A stretch of 63,557 bases of DNA, filler included, from Choristocarpus tenellus KU-1152 (Eukaryota; Protista; Phaeophyceae): NCBI GenBank assembly GCA_964200185.2. It is 12 parts of 12 records of this genome, joined end to end, with 100 filler letters (N's around TTAATTAATTAA, not from the genome) between each part and the next. Parts side by side here need not be neighbours in the genome. Positions count along the whole stretch, not along the records: positions 9,715 to 14,096 come from CAXNAD020014809.1; positions 14,197 to 20,171 come from CAXNAD020009271.1; positions 20,272 to 26,081 come from CAXNAD020009697.1; 9 more parts are not named here. The stretch is one strand, 5' to 3'. Below the pieces are notes generated by a model. The model saw nothing but the letters and a program-made list of their open reading frames with translations, searched no databases and was not told where the DNA came from. Below, one piece after another: positions 13,343-26,181 of this stretch. A program made the position numbers and the translations under genes. Each line of letters starts with the position of its first letter. Position 1 is the first letter of the stretch.

Positions 13343-13384
13343 GGTTAGGGCTAGGGTTAGGGTTAGGGTTAGGGTTAGGGTTAA
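13343..13384. repeat. Interstitial telomeric repeat (TTAGGG)~6; others at 11066-11077, 20488-20540 (C-strand), 43876-43907, 45751-45770, 52394-52419
   Basis: Directly visible. Confidence 0.9.
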
Positions 13385-13505
13385 CTCGTGCGCTTACAGA
13401 GAAGTTTGAAAAATCAAAAAGGGAAGAAGAAAAAAGAATGAAAAAAAAAAGTGATTTTTTTTCAACTTGGAGAGGGTAGCATCGGAGACAGGGTAGAGAT
13501 GTCTC

Positions 13506-13825
13506 AAGTGTAAGTATCTTAGAGGGTACGAAATTTGCCCTGTTTGTCCATTTGGGGCTTGGTTTTCCATGTTTTTTTTTTTTTAGGACATTTCCATACT
13601 CCGAAACATTTTGGAGTGGGTAAAATGCACACGCTATGAAAAGGTGTGTTGGGAACAAGGATATTGACACTTCCTAACAAAACACGATAGCCAAGATCAC
13701 ATCAAAATCGCAACATTGGATTTTGGCCCTCAAACGGACACGGATCTACCCTAACCCTAACCCTAACCCTAACCCCCAAACGGACACGACTCTACCCTAA
13801 CCCTAACCCTAAGATACTTTGACTC
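13506..13825. mobile_element. MITE family A copy with (CCCTAA)n inserted in its right end, TSD CTC
   Basis: TIRs; CTC on both flanks; telomeric runs at 13749-13775 and 13795-13812. Confidence 0.9.
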
Positions 13826-14345
13826 CTCACTACTGTCTTGTGTCTCCCAGTAAGAGGTCCTCTAAGTAGCAAAAATATCATACCAACACAAAAGGTTTCT
13901 CAGCTCTTCTTGAGTATCAGATACAGGTTCACAGCGGCGGCAGTATCATAGACAGTCATTAAAATAGCGTAACAATAGACACTGTTCCCTTCTGGGAAAA
14001 AAAATAAATTACACAATTTACTCAACAGAATCCTCACTTGATTTTAAAGAAAAGGGGGGGGGGGGGGGGGGGGGAAAAAAATTGAAAAAAAAACAANNNN
14101 NNNNNNNNNNNNNNNNNNNNNNNNNNNNNNNNNNNNNNNNTTAATTAATTAANNNNNNNNNNNNNNNNNNNNNNNNNNNNNNNNNNNNNNNNNNNNTACA
14201 TCACATGGATTCAATTCAACACAATAATCCCATATACACAAAATAAGATACACTTCACTATTGTCCTATTTTGCACAGTGCGTACTGCTCGTTGTCGTTG
14301 CTGGTCGCACTTTCCACAGTAGTGTGAGAAGGTTTCGCCTCGGTC

Positions 14346-15605
14346 TCATTCTTTTCTTTCCCAGACCCCGCCGTAGTCATGAACACCAAAGTACATGCAT
14401 AGCATCATGAGAACGTCCACCACACTTGGTGTAAATGCAGTTTGGGGAAAATCCCTTCTCCTGTCCATTCTTACCACACCTCTCACAAGGAATCTTCTCG
14501 GAACGTTTAGGGTTGGAATTAGAACCATGTTGTTTCTTTCTTCCACGATGAAATTTACGTTCGACCCCACGACCTTGGCCGTTACATTGAGACTGGCTCT
14601 TCCCCTGTGATGAGCTGCTAACAACCAAAGCGTGGCTGTTCTTGTGTCCTGAGCCCTTCCTCTCATGAAGGGAGTCATATCGCTCTCTAGCAGTTTTCTC
14701 TATGTCTGCTCGACATAATGTCCTCTACGAGGTCATCATGCGTATCTCGGTATCGTAATCTTGTCCGAGAGCACTCAGAAACTGTAGGAGCAGCAGTTTG
14801 TCCAAGATGACCAGGTCCATTGATAGCATCCTACCCCATAGCTCTTCCAGGTGGTTTAATGTCAGCATCGGATTCGCCTCCTTCTCCACCTTTGAAGTGA
14901 AAAACTCACAGAACAAAATGTTGGCTATTACCCACTGTATTGGGCATGAACCAATCATTTATTGCTTGGAAAAGCTCGCTCGGGATTTGGTGCGAATAGC
15001 ACAGAGCCCTGGTGGTGGGTGCGACAAGAGCAACAGTAAGTGCATGGTAAGCCTCTTCGGCCATCCAGATATCATTCGCACTGAAGCCTTCCGAAAGAAG
15101 TTCCTCGTAGGAGCGTTCTTGTTTGACTGGTCTTCACTTGTCAATGCACCCAGGCAGTGGGTATATCTGCCATGCACGATGAAATGCCTCCGCCAGTCCT
15201 GGTAGTTCAAGTCATCCAATAGTTTCGGCGGCTGGGTCCTTGATCTCTTAGTCTTGGGGCGAACATTATGTGCATCTGACCCCGAACTGTCCGAAGAACC
15301 GGACCTCCGGCTCACCCCAATTCTGATGCTCACATCATCCAAACTGTTTCCCCTCTCTGGAAAATGTTTCCTTAACATGGGCTCCATAGGACCCACTTCG
15401 ACTGATACATGCCCAGCCGAAGGCCGTGTGCCGGCCACAGCGGCCTGGACGACAGGATGTTTCCATCGCCGAGTCTATCAGACTGCAATATGAGATTGCC
15501 CACATTTCTTGACAGATCCGCTACCATCGCTATAAGCTGTCGGAATTCTCGAACAGATGGGCCCTCGGCAGGTACAGGTAGAATCGCATCTCGATGTGTA
15601 GACAT
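14346..15605 (-). mobile_element. Copia gag pseudogene
   Basis: PPKLLDDLNYQDWRRHF (gag N-term), LQFLSALGQDYDTEIRM (UBN2-like), CERCGKNG..CGGRSHDA (zinc knuckles); frameshifts. Confidence 0.75.
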
Positions 15606-16079
15606 GATGAAATTATGGGTTAGAAACTGAAGGTCAATATATTGTGTTAAAGTATCACCCAAATCATCAAAGAGAATGAAGGTAATAAACCCAGCGAGAT
15701 TGCTTGATGTCTGTAGAGTGATTGATTAAAGGTAAGTGGGGCATGTAGCACCCCATAAAATCAGAAATATTCTCATATAGCCAATCACTTGTAAAAGGTT
15801 CTGATGACTTAATCACTAATGATCGTTCTCTTACTCCATATATATTTTACCGTAACTGTCCAATAGAGTTGGAAGAGTTTAATCGAACAAGGTGTTCTGA
15901 AGCAAGGACCTTGACACTTGCCAACAAACACGATAGCCAAAATTCATCAAAACCGCTACAATGGATTTATGAACCCGAATGGACGTGGTCCTACCCTCTT
16001 AAATGCCTTGCGTCAGATGTTGAACAGGACTTTCCCTCCGCAGCATGGTCGCCACATTTTCGTCTGAGTTCGTGCCATC

Positions 16080-16720
16080 AGCTGGACAATTGCGTGATTC
16101 TGCTGGAAGAACCATTTCTTTTGAAGTGCGGACGTGAGTTGGAGCGATCAAGCACACACAAGTGTGTTATCTTTCTTCTCTTCTGGGTGGCCCTGTCTGA
16201 TACCTTCAGATTGAGGCACCAGAGAGGAAGAAGATATTTTTCTCCACATGTTTGTTCATCGAAGAAACATATACGATCACAACACTACCAATGGAACTCA
16301 GCCTACAATCCCACCTCAGTCTGATGTGGTCGCGTTGATTAGAACTTGTGTCCCACAGCTCCAACCAACGTCATCCACTTGTTGGGAGGTCTGATATAGG
16401 TCAATCCTCACCCTCATGCGCCCACATAGACCTCGAAAGACATCCTCAGGTTGTCCATTTTGAGTGGCAGGAATTAGGTTCCAAGAGAATGTTTCGATGG
16501 GAAAATATTCCTGAGGAATGGTGGTCTGCGAAGGGTGTGGTACCAAGTACAAGGAGAAGATGCAAGTGGCGCCAAACAATGGTAGCATTCACCATTCTGA
16601 TAAAAAGAAGTATCTTGCAGGTCACAGCGATGCGATTAAGATTGCGCAACGACCCAAACCAAGAAATGTACCTCCTACCTATATCGTGCGTCAAAAAACG
16701 CGCGCAAGAAGAAAATAACT
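16080..16720 (+). mobile_element. Degraded Gypsy integrase fragment
   Basis: SAYNP / PQSD.V.LIRT resembles the TxAYHPQxxGxVER motif; followed by the Gypsy-associated LTR-like repeat. Confidence 0.45.
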
Positions 16721-17807
16721 AAAATGTCATGCGTTTTACCTCAAAATTGTTTTGTTTTGCTCGTGAATTCTGGATATTATCTTATTCCTTTTTTGCAATT
16801 CACTCTTTTTTTTTCCCACATTCCTTTCCTTCCCCATGTATCCCCTCTTCTGACCAGCCCAGTGTGACCTCTTTGCCACTGGTTTCCTATTTACTCCCCA
16901 ACTCTAATGGACCAACCAGTGCAAACCCCTTTCGTCACCGATTTCCAGTCACCTCCCCCCATGAGATGACCAACCAGTGCGAACCCCCTTTGCCCCTGAT
17001 TTCCAGTCACCCCCCCCACCCTTCAACCCCACACAAGTTATCACTCCCCTCAAACCGACAGCAGGTACCACTCCACTCACCCCAAACCACTCAACACCAC
17101 TCCGCAATCATCCAAGAACACCCCTTCATCATCCACTTCATACCGTGCCTTTGAGCCAGAAGACATCTACCCCGCCCGAACTTTACCTTCCCCCCCTTTC
17201 CCAGTGTCCCCATCGGTCGTGAGCAAGCAACAGGGTGGGTGGGTGGGAAAGTTTGCTCGGAGGTTATCTTGTTCTCGCCGTCCTCGTCCTGTATCCCTGG
17301 TTCTCAGCCCTCTTATCAGATACTGATCATTTCTTCCCCATCCCTCTTCCTACCACTCATTTATTTTCACCTTTCTCCCCCCTCTCTTAGTCAGTCATTT
17401 CTTAACTATTCGTTCCCTTCTAGCTTACTTCCTCTTCTTTTCTCTACCCTCCCTTGTCCTGTGCCCCCAGCCAACCAGAATTCTTCCGCCCACAATACTC
17501 AGATTACTTCATAAACTTTCACTTTGTCTTCTGCCATAAAAAAAACTCTTCTGTTTGGTAATACAAGTGTTTTAATACCACTGGTCTTGTGTCGCTTTAC
17601 ATCTTTGGGGCAGTATCACCTTGGACTGGACTCCTTGATGGGAAACTGAACTCAGGGATGGTACCTTGGAGGTCTATGTCATCGAAGCGTAAGAGAATGC
17701 GTTAGGAGTAGAGTAGACAGCATTACATATCTGTCTGTTTGAGTTAGCCCCCACTCACATCGCTTAAATCAGGCACTGCATCGTCCGATGTGGGGATTAA
17801 CTCTTAC

Positions 17808-19685
17808 CTCCTTGTTGCAAGGTGGAGGCATCAGGCATATATCGATAACGTAGAGTAATACACCACATAGCAGTATTCAAAGGGATTTCACTAGCTGCGT
17901 AGGTCATAGAGTAGATGTACATAAAGCATCCACCAGGAAGGTGAAAAGAGAAGCACCACCAGGAACGACAGACTGGTACAGAGAGTATCTGTGCCTTGTG
18001 AAAGACCTAACATCAGGATGAAGGGTGGGTTTTTCTTGTATATCCCAGGATCCTCCAGCATATAAGAGCATAGAAACATTGTTGATCTAGTACTTCTACG
18101 ATGATTCTGTTCTCAAATAAGGTCATTGGTCTTGAGCATGAAAAAATATCATGTGTATGTCCTTTCTTCTTGACAAAAATCGATATGCTGCAACATGTGT
18201 GCAATGCACAACTCTATTAATCATGCGGTAGTACCAAAACATGCGCATGGAAAATTGGAGTGTTCTACATTGATTGTCATACCGTTATGTTTTCCCACTT
18301 CTTCCACAAACTACCACTTTTGCAACCTGCGTATCCTATTCCTCCAGGCTGGATATTAGGTTCTCCCGCCAGTCCCTTAACCTTCTCATTTGCACTAAGC
18401 ACTCTTCCAAAAGCCAAAGGATAGCCCCCTCTCGGCTCAGTCCTGCTGGGATGTTAGTTGCTCCACTCGCCTCGGGACAACCCCCTGAACAACACTCTAT
18501 TGTGCCCAATGTCTCCTCTGCTGGATGATTCATCATTCTCTGCAAATTACTGCTGACAACAGGTCCAGTGCTGTTATTCATTCCTGTTGACGGTAAATGA
18601 CTAGATGCACTCCTCCTCTGCGACAGATATTTTTTCCCACCCCACCTGCCTTTACTGCTTTCCTGGCAAGGGGGACTTCCACCAGCCTGTTGCAATAGAC
18701 TCAATCTCCCCTGAAAGAGCCTGGCTTTGGCATCCCAGAGGAAAAACGATTCATTCACAGCCTCTAACGTAGCAACAAGGTCCATCTTCCTCTGAGACTT
18801 GACTTCATCCACGTACTCCTCATTTGTTTCATCACGTGTGATCGCTCCTTGACCGCACAAGGCATGTCTCTTGCCTCTTCTGGGGAAAAGATACATACAG
18901 TGCACCTCTGCACTAGCAAGGTCAACATGCACTGTTGTCAATGGGGAAGGAGGAGGAGGTGGAGGAGGGGGAGGGTGCAGGGTTTTTCCTTCTTCCAGGG
19001 GAACTGCATTCCTCATAGCTTGCTCCCCATGTTGCAACACGGGGCTATGTGCTCTTGTGGTGGCTGGTATGCCAGTCAGAACACTTGTAAAGCTTGAGCT
19101 GTGCACTAGATCGTCAAATATTATGTGCTGACGTCTCACCTCTGCGCCACCCTCTCTTGTGCAGTTGGTAGCATTCACTCTTGCTGGGATGTCTATCTCA
19201 ATAATTGACTGCGAATCTCCTGCTCGGTGCACCAACACCACGCTACCTCTTCCCCAAAGTGTCATCACCCTTGCTCCTACGAGGTCTTCTATGTGTATCA
19301 TGCCATCTGACTCTCTTCTTAGTTTCTTGAGGGCCGAAAGAGACCAGTTTAAAACTTCGCTTGCTGGACTGCACTGCCCTCGTGCATATGCTCCAATTTT
19401 ACTTTGTCCTCGACTGCACTGACCGTTTTTCTGTCCCATGTCTCCATTGCGTGGGGAAAGGGGAAATGTAGCTGTGCTACTGTTGTGCCTGCCAATGATC
19501 AATGTTGGCGAGGATTAGGAGGCGCTTATATATTTTTCAGTTTTTGGTTCTGAGGATCGAGGCCTTTTTGCTGCCCTCTACTTCCCTGTTGCGTCAATTT
19601 CATCTAAGCTGAGGTTACGATCGAAAAATCCTACCATCATTCTCGCCTCCCTTGGCACATTTACTTTTATCAGATCGCCAACTTA
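17808..19685 (-). pseudogene. Unidentified host gene, probably pseudogenised; 388-codon open segment 18336-19502 plus flanking exon-like segments with nonsense codons
   Basis: Long ORF with polyproline; plausible splice sites; in-frame TAG/TAA/TGA in flanks. Confidence 0.5.
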
Positions 19686-20564
19686 GAGAGAGAAGTCAAG
19701 TCCCATCAAACAGGGGAGAGGAAGGGGGGCGTAGAGAGGAGAGAACAGAAACTTGGGATTAAAATCTCCCACAGACTTGAGGTACCCCGATATTTATTGT
19801 AGAAAACGGCTGTGCTGGAGTTTTTGGGTAGATGGGAACTTACAGTCTGGAAGAAATTTCTTAGAAAAAGGATTAGACTGCGGGACATTGTGGAAGAGAG
19901 CTCTGACTTGACAATAACGTATAGAGACAAGAGCATCTGCTGCACCACCACAGTGGCATAGAATTATTGAGAGAAAATGACATACTCTTGCTCAGTTTCT
20001 CGTGTGCCCATATATGCTCGTGCAACCCCCATGCCCAGTACCCGTAACTGATTTATACCTTGACTGCGTTCTTTTTACGCTCCTCCAGTTCAATTTGAGC
20101 CAAAGTATCTTAGAGGGTAGAGCTGCGTCCATTTGGAGGTCAAAATCCAATGTTGCGATTTTGGTGTAATTNNNNNNNNNNNNNNNNNNNNNNNNNNNNN
20201 NNNNNNNNNNNNNNNTTAATTAATTAANNNNNNNNNNNNNNNNNNNNNNNNNNNNNNNNNNNNNNNNNNNNGTTTGCATTTAGCGCTGTATTAAATAGGG
20301 GGTGCCCCTTTGCCCCCCCCCCCCCCCCCCCACGTACCTGTCTGTGTTGCAAATATCAACATTCTTGCTCTTGCCACCAACTCTACCGTGGCCGTGAAAA
20401 AACACCACTAAAACAGTACCCCCCACATGCACATCACCAATAAAGGAGCACTCAACAATCCACTTCCCCCCTATGCCAAACCAACCCAGTCCTAACCCCA
20501 ACCCCAACCCTAATCCTAATCCTAACCCTATAACCCTAAATCCAACTCGTTTGTTCGAGGGTAG

Positions 20565-21287
20565 AGCCTCCCCGGACGCAAGGAGGACAAGCGCTCCCGG
20601 GCCAGCCCCAGCACCTACGAGCTCGTAATGAACGCTGCAGCATCTGCTGGGCAGGATCAGGTGGCCCTGGATATTGCCGGAAGTGCCCGGGCGGCAGGTG
20701 CCAACCCCTCCACAGGCTGGCTCACAGTGGAGATTGGTGCTGCAGGAAGGTTGAGGCTTTGGAGTCATGCCTCCTCCCTTCTAAAAGAGGCGAGGTCTCC
20801 GGCTCTAGGAGGTGGTGGTGGGATTGGCGCCCGTTTCTACTCAGCGTACATCGAGGCCTCGGTGCTGTGCGGGCAGCCTGAGCGCGGGCTCGAGGTTCTC
20901 AGGGAGCTAGAGGCGGGAGGTGGGGGACAAGGCCGGTTGGGGAGGGGGATTAGTGGCGCTCTCCCACCGCCAGATGGGCGAACATATGTGGCGGCGCTGG
21001 GTGCATGTGAGGCTGTGGGAGGGAAGAAGGGGGTGGAACTGGCGTTGGCCGTGGTGCAGGTGGCTATTGGGGGGAAAGGGGCAGGTGGAAGGTTAACCAT
21101 GGCTCGTGCAAGCGCTGTGCTGGAGAAGGCGGGGGAGGTTTGTGGTGCGTTAGGGGCTGCTTCGGCCTCTGAGGCCTTGGCGCAAAAGGCAAAGGAAGTC
21201 TTGGGGTTGGCTGGGAAGGAGGCGCCTGTGATGGGGGAAGGGGAGGAAATGGGGATTGGGGGAGTAGAGGAGGATGAGGTGGGGTAG
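20565..21287 (+). CDS. Terminal exon of a pentatricopeptide-repeat (PPR)-like protein
   Basis: STYELVMNAAASAGQDQVALDI, FYSAYIEASVLCGQPERGLEVLRELE, PDGRTYVAALGAC; GC-rich; TAG acceptor at 20562-20564. Confidence 0.75.
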   Translation, partial: SLPGRKEDKRSRASPSTYELVMNAAASAGQDQVALDIAGSARAAGANPSTGWLTVEIGAAGRLRLWSHASSLLKEARSPALGGGGGIGARFYSAYIEASVLCGQPERGLEVLRELEAGGGGQGRLGRGISGALPPPDGRTYVAALGACEAVGGKKGVELALAVVQVAIGGKGAGGRLTMARASAVLEKAGEVCGALGAASASEALAQKAKEVLGLAGKEAPVMGEGEEMGIGGVEEDEVG

Positions 21288-24200
21288 TGTGTCTTGATGG
21301 TGAGATTGGAGGGCTGGTGTGTGACTATGTGAGGGATAGTGTGACGGAGGTTGGGTTGACTTATTTAACTGTGCTCATGACGTTCTGTGACTGTGTTTCT
21401 GTTTTTGTGTCTGTGTCAGTGTGTTAGCCGTTTTTGTAGTGCATTATAATAGTTGTATTGAGGTGCGCCCCAATTTTCCTTTTGATACCACAATGCATGC
21501 CACAATGTGCTTGTTGTAAGAGAAAGCTGTGCATGTGGATCACCAGTGGGGATATTTTCTGTGCAAGCAAGTGGTTAGTATGATCTGATAGAAATTGTTT
21601 AGAGAGAGAGGACGGGTGAGTGCATTGGCCTGCCTTGGTAAGTACAGAAAGGCTGTTATCAAGAGTTGGTCTGTGCAGATACCTGTTGAGTGCTGTTAGG
21701 GGTGGGTAGTAAGAGTGATCTTATGTTGTACTCCAAGTATGATATAGTGCAATGTTAGGGATTGGTCCATATAGCTCCCCTCACAGCACCCCTTTCCCTT
21801 CAAGTGTCCAACTTGCTATAATATTTCGGTGGTGCATATGATGTACCGTGTAAGGTTTGTGTATGGCATTTTCCTGTTGAACCAAGGTTGCTAAATATCA
21901 CCGTAGTATGATGACCATGATGAACTGTTTGCAATCAAGGTCTAAAAGGTCAAAATGCCGTCGGAAGAATTGAACACTCAAATTTTGTTAATCTATGTTC
22001 TATGTCTTGCTGTGGGAAAAGAAGTGATCGCTACACACTCCTGCTGTTCAACCCTGGGAACTTCATTTTGTATTTTGATGTTCAATTTTGTATTGAAAAT
22101 CAATGCATGCTTTGACTGTTTTGAGTTGTTCTGAAAACGAGAACAAGATATGGAGCTAATTTACATGGTGGGTGATGCCATTTTTTATTATCAGTAAGGG
22201 TGGACCACTATGCATTATTGGTACAAATATGCATACTGCTACAGCGTGTAGGACAGAGTGCAGGACTGTTCTGCAGCTGCAGAGACTCATGTGTACATGC
22301 CATCTGCTTGACTCATAGTTCTGACCTTGGAGACCTCTTTGTTGAGTTCCTGTATGTATCACATGTATGTTGAGGATAGCCTTTTCATTGATTCCAGAAT
22401 GGATTGCTTACAGTAATGATTTTGGTTTGGTGAACGGTAAGCATGTTGTTTTAACTTTATTGGGTTGATCAAATGGAGTGTGTATGTTTGCAGAATCACA
22501 TCACATAATAAGGTGCTATGTTGACCAACATAGTAGTGACTTATGTTGCGATGATAGTAGTGAGGGATTGTGCACGACTTGGTCACCCCCTGCAATTTAA
22601 CCCAATGCACTTCTATGTTTCATAGTACTCTGTGCAGAATATGAATGACAACACTTTATATACTTCATTGTTGAAACGTTTTTCCCGTCCCTCCTAGTTT
22701 TGTCGGGACCTACCATGTACAAGAAAACCTTATTATAGTATAACAATTTGCATTTTACTTTGATCAGTCAGTGCGTGCTCGCTCAGTACATTGATCGATT
22801 GACTTCCCAATTATTATCTCACTCTTCTTCTACCTAGAATGACAAGTGTTTTGTTCAGGGGGGGTCAAGGACAGCTGCAGGGAAGGTAGACAACAAATGT
22901 TCATAGTTGAGCACGACGAAATGAACAAAATGGGTAAAAACTGCGATGGGGTCGCCCACCCTGCCTTTAATCATTTCTTGTAGGAAAATCTCGAAGGAGT
23001 AGACCAGCAAACCGCCCACTACATATTGTGAGACGTTCAATCACGTCGAACGTTTCTTGTGGTACAATTTGCCGTGATGTTTGCCAATAATGGACCAATT
23101 CATATATAGAATACACTGTAACTACTGGTGCATGCTTCGAGGTATACAGCACTGGATACAGAGAGGGAGGAGAGTGAATGTGCGTCAAAGTAAACGAGAG
23201 GTACCCAGAGTTGCATTTGAGGATGCTGGTGATGATGTACAGTATTAGACCTTTTTTTTTATCAAATGCATAGAGGAAATTTTTCGAATTGTGCCTACAA
23301 AGTTTTAAACAATAGAGAAATCAACCCTTTCAAGTCAAACATAGCACCTCATCCATAGAAGTATGATGGGCGAATCGCAAAATATTGAAAGATTGGCTTT
23401 TATTGCAAAATTGGAAAAAAGTGGGTACCTCTCGTTTGCTTCGGCTCTGAATATTAGAAGAGTTCGATGTTAGTATGGATGAGAAGATTTGGGAGGGAAC
23501 AAGGGCAGTACAACCTCTGTTTGACTCAACGTGATATCTGGACTATTTCTCTTATTATTGTTGCATACACGACTACGTTGTTTTTCAGTTTTCAACCCAT
23601 CCATGCATGACCCTTCCTTACTCCTCCACCTTGGGAAAATTTGACCATGTTTTTGCTTGGGAGAGTTGAACCACATTACATTGATCAGCTAATAATAATG
23701 ATGATGCTTCAGTATATATTAGGTTATTACGTACTCCAGCAGTAAGCATATTCAATTCATTTCTCGCTCGCCATCAACAGTTTCTGTCTGTTTGTAGTGT
23801 AGTGGTTGCTGGACAAGAAGAGGGCCCGTCAAATATTTAGGAAGATTCACGTCAGTCAAGGAATGATTTCCTTTGAAGGACAGCGTTATTCATTAACGTA
23901 AATATAATTATAGAGAACCTACCTTTTTTGGTTGTCGAACCTTTTAAATCCATGTAAAAATCTGAAACTGGGGTCACAGATTTGGGTGCTTGCATGTTGT
24001 GTCTCTCTGTCTCTGCTGTTTGCCAATTCAGAGTTCCGATACAGCACAATCCGCTTCCTTTAACTCTACCTAGAAGTCCATGAACACCTCCCCCTTGCCA
24101 CAATGGACTACTCGAGCAACCAACCATATATATTCAATTACGATTGATTGTTCTGCCCACCCCTTTACGTTTCTTGCTTCCCACTACTACTTGGCTGGCC

Positions 24201-25070
24201 CACCACATGATGCTGGACTGACGAGCATCGTATAAGAAGGGTCGTCGTTGTGTCGATAGATAGGTAGTAAAGTACTCTAGAGGTCCATATTATAAGTAAT
24301 CTCCTCACGTATCAAGAACGAGGACTTTGACGTTCGAACTTTAATTCAATGCACTGCTTGGATGGTGACTTAGGTGCCAGTAAGTAATGCACTTCGAGTG
24401 CATATTGTTTGCTTTGGCAGCTGTGGCTTGGTTTAGTTAGGTGGGCAAGATTATCCAAAGGTAACCTACTCCTTCCTAATAATAATAAGGTTGACACAAA
24501 ATATGCATTGTTGCAATGTATTACAACAAACGGACAAGATGACAGGCCGTTGTACAAGCAAGATGGTTGAGCGGGCAAACACCACACACACAGGAGGAAG
24601 AATGTCCAGACGATGGAGTAAGCGGTCATGTCATGACGGAGCAACAAGGCTGTAGGAGGAAGTTGCCAACAGACGAGTGTTTGATGGTTTTCTTCTGTTT
24701 TTTTGTGTTGGCCATAATATACTACACATACATCATGAAGTCCCTGGATAATAATATCATTTAAAAAAGCAGCAGGCGTTTTCACATACCTACAGACACA
24801 TAGGTGAACCAGGATCTTATGTCTACACAATGATAATTGTACTCTGTGCCAGAAGTTTGTGCCACGAAACATCTGGGCTGGCCAAGCGAGAACAGCGCCG
24901 AATCGGATGATAACTCCACGGAATGAAATCAGGTTGACGATCTCAGCTTTCAGAAAGGTGGGGGTCGAGGATCATCAGGTACAAACTTGATGTGCTTCAA
25001 GCTAAGTAGGGATCTTTTGGGGTGATTTTGAGCCCAGAACTGGGCACGTCGAGGGTCATAACGTCGGTAT

Positions 25071-26081
25071 ATGGCAACCCCTCCGTCGACCCCCCCATGT
25101 AGGAAGGGTGCCCAAGTGTCCCTGAAAACCAGGGTTGCGCTTGCAGTGCGGCACGCCCTCGCGATGATCCCTGGTGAGCATAAACTGCCGCGACACGTTG
25201 GGTCAGCCCTGTTGCAGCAGAGAGTGGAGTGTCCGAACGTTACATGTGAGGGCTCTGGGAGGACGTTGTAGATCAGCTCGCCGGTGGTCATACGCTTGAC
25301 CTAGGGGTGGCGGCATGTAGTGGACGGCCTTCGGAGCTAACACCGACCAATATGGGTGCAATACATAGTGTCAACTCTGATAATCGGTTATCCACAATGC
25401 GTCAGGTGACAATGAAGATGGCCACCAAGGGGCTGAATTATAGCACGAGCACCATAAACAGGTGATTGGATGATATGGGAACCATGCCGAATCGCCGCTG
25501 GATCAAACCCAATCTTAAATCGTGTCAAAAGGTATGAGGAATAGACTTTGTTGGCGATCAAGTGGACGAGAAACGTGGTGTATACACCTCCATGACGAAC
25601 ACGATCCGTATGGCTGAAACCTGGTTTTACGTGATGGCTGATGGGGAAAGGGTTAGGGTATTTCGGCATGAGGATGGTAGCGACCTTCCAGGATTGCCTA
25701 CTGTGCAGCACAGGAGTCATATCCCCCGAACCATGATCATTGCAGCCAACGCCCGCCCAGATTCGGCTCACAGCTTTGATGGAAAGCTTGATGTTTGGCG
25801 TGTGTGTGCGCCAAAAACGGCAGAGAGGACAAGCAAGAACCATAAAAAAGGGGATGTGTATGAGAAGGACTGTACTTTAGACCATTTGTGATAAAGGAAG
25901 TGGTACATGAAGGAGTTACTGCGCCTGCAATCAAGACCAAGATGCCTTGGTTGCAGGGGAAGCACGTTGTCGTTCAGCAAGATGGTGCCACCCCCCGCAC
26001 GGGCAAGGGCAACTCAGAAATCTTGTCAGGGGTAGGGAAGACTGAGGGGTGGTCGATTAGGCTTGTGATGCAGCCATCTAA
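25071..26081 (+). mobile_element. Tc1/mariner (plant-type DD39D) transposase pseudogene
   Basis: ETWFY, HIPRTMIIAANARP..FDGKLDVW, AERTSKNHKKG, PAIKTKMPW..VVVQQDGATP; frameshifts. Confidence 0.85.
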
Positions 26082-26181
26082 NNNNNNNNNNNNNNNNNNN
26101 NNNNNNNNNNNNNNNNNNNNNNNNNTTAATTAATTAANNNNNNNNNNNNNNNNNNNNNNNNNNNNNNNNNNNNNNNNNNNN

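Noticed and set aside
13343-13384. True chromosome end
   Set aside because: Runs are short and internal with ordinary sequence on both sides.
18336-19980. Alternative genetic code with TAA/TAG read as Gln
   Set aside because: The 388-codon ORF and the Nudix exons use no in-frame TAR, the PPR exon ends in TAG, and a neighbouring exon-like segment is broken by TGA; decay explains the data better.
21300-24940. Short ORFs in the supplied track here and across the window
   Set aside because: No recognisable motifs; most are chance frames, antisense to TEs, or translations of MITEs and microsatellites.
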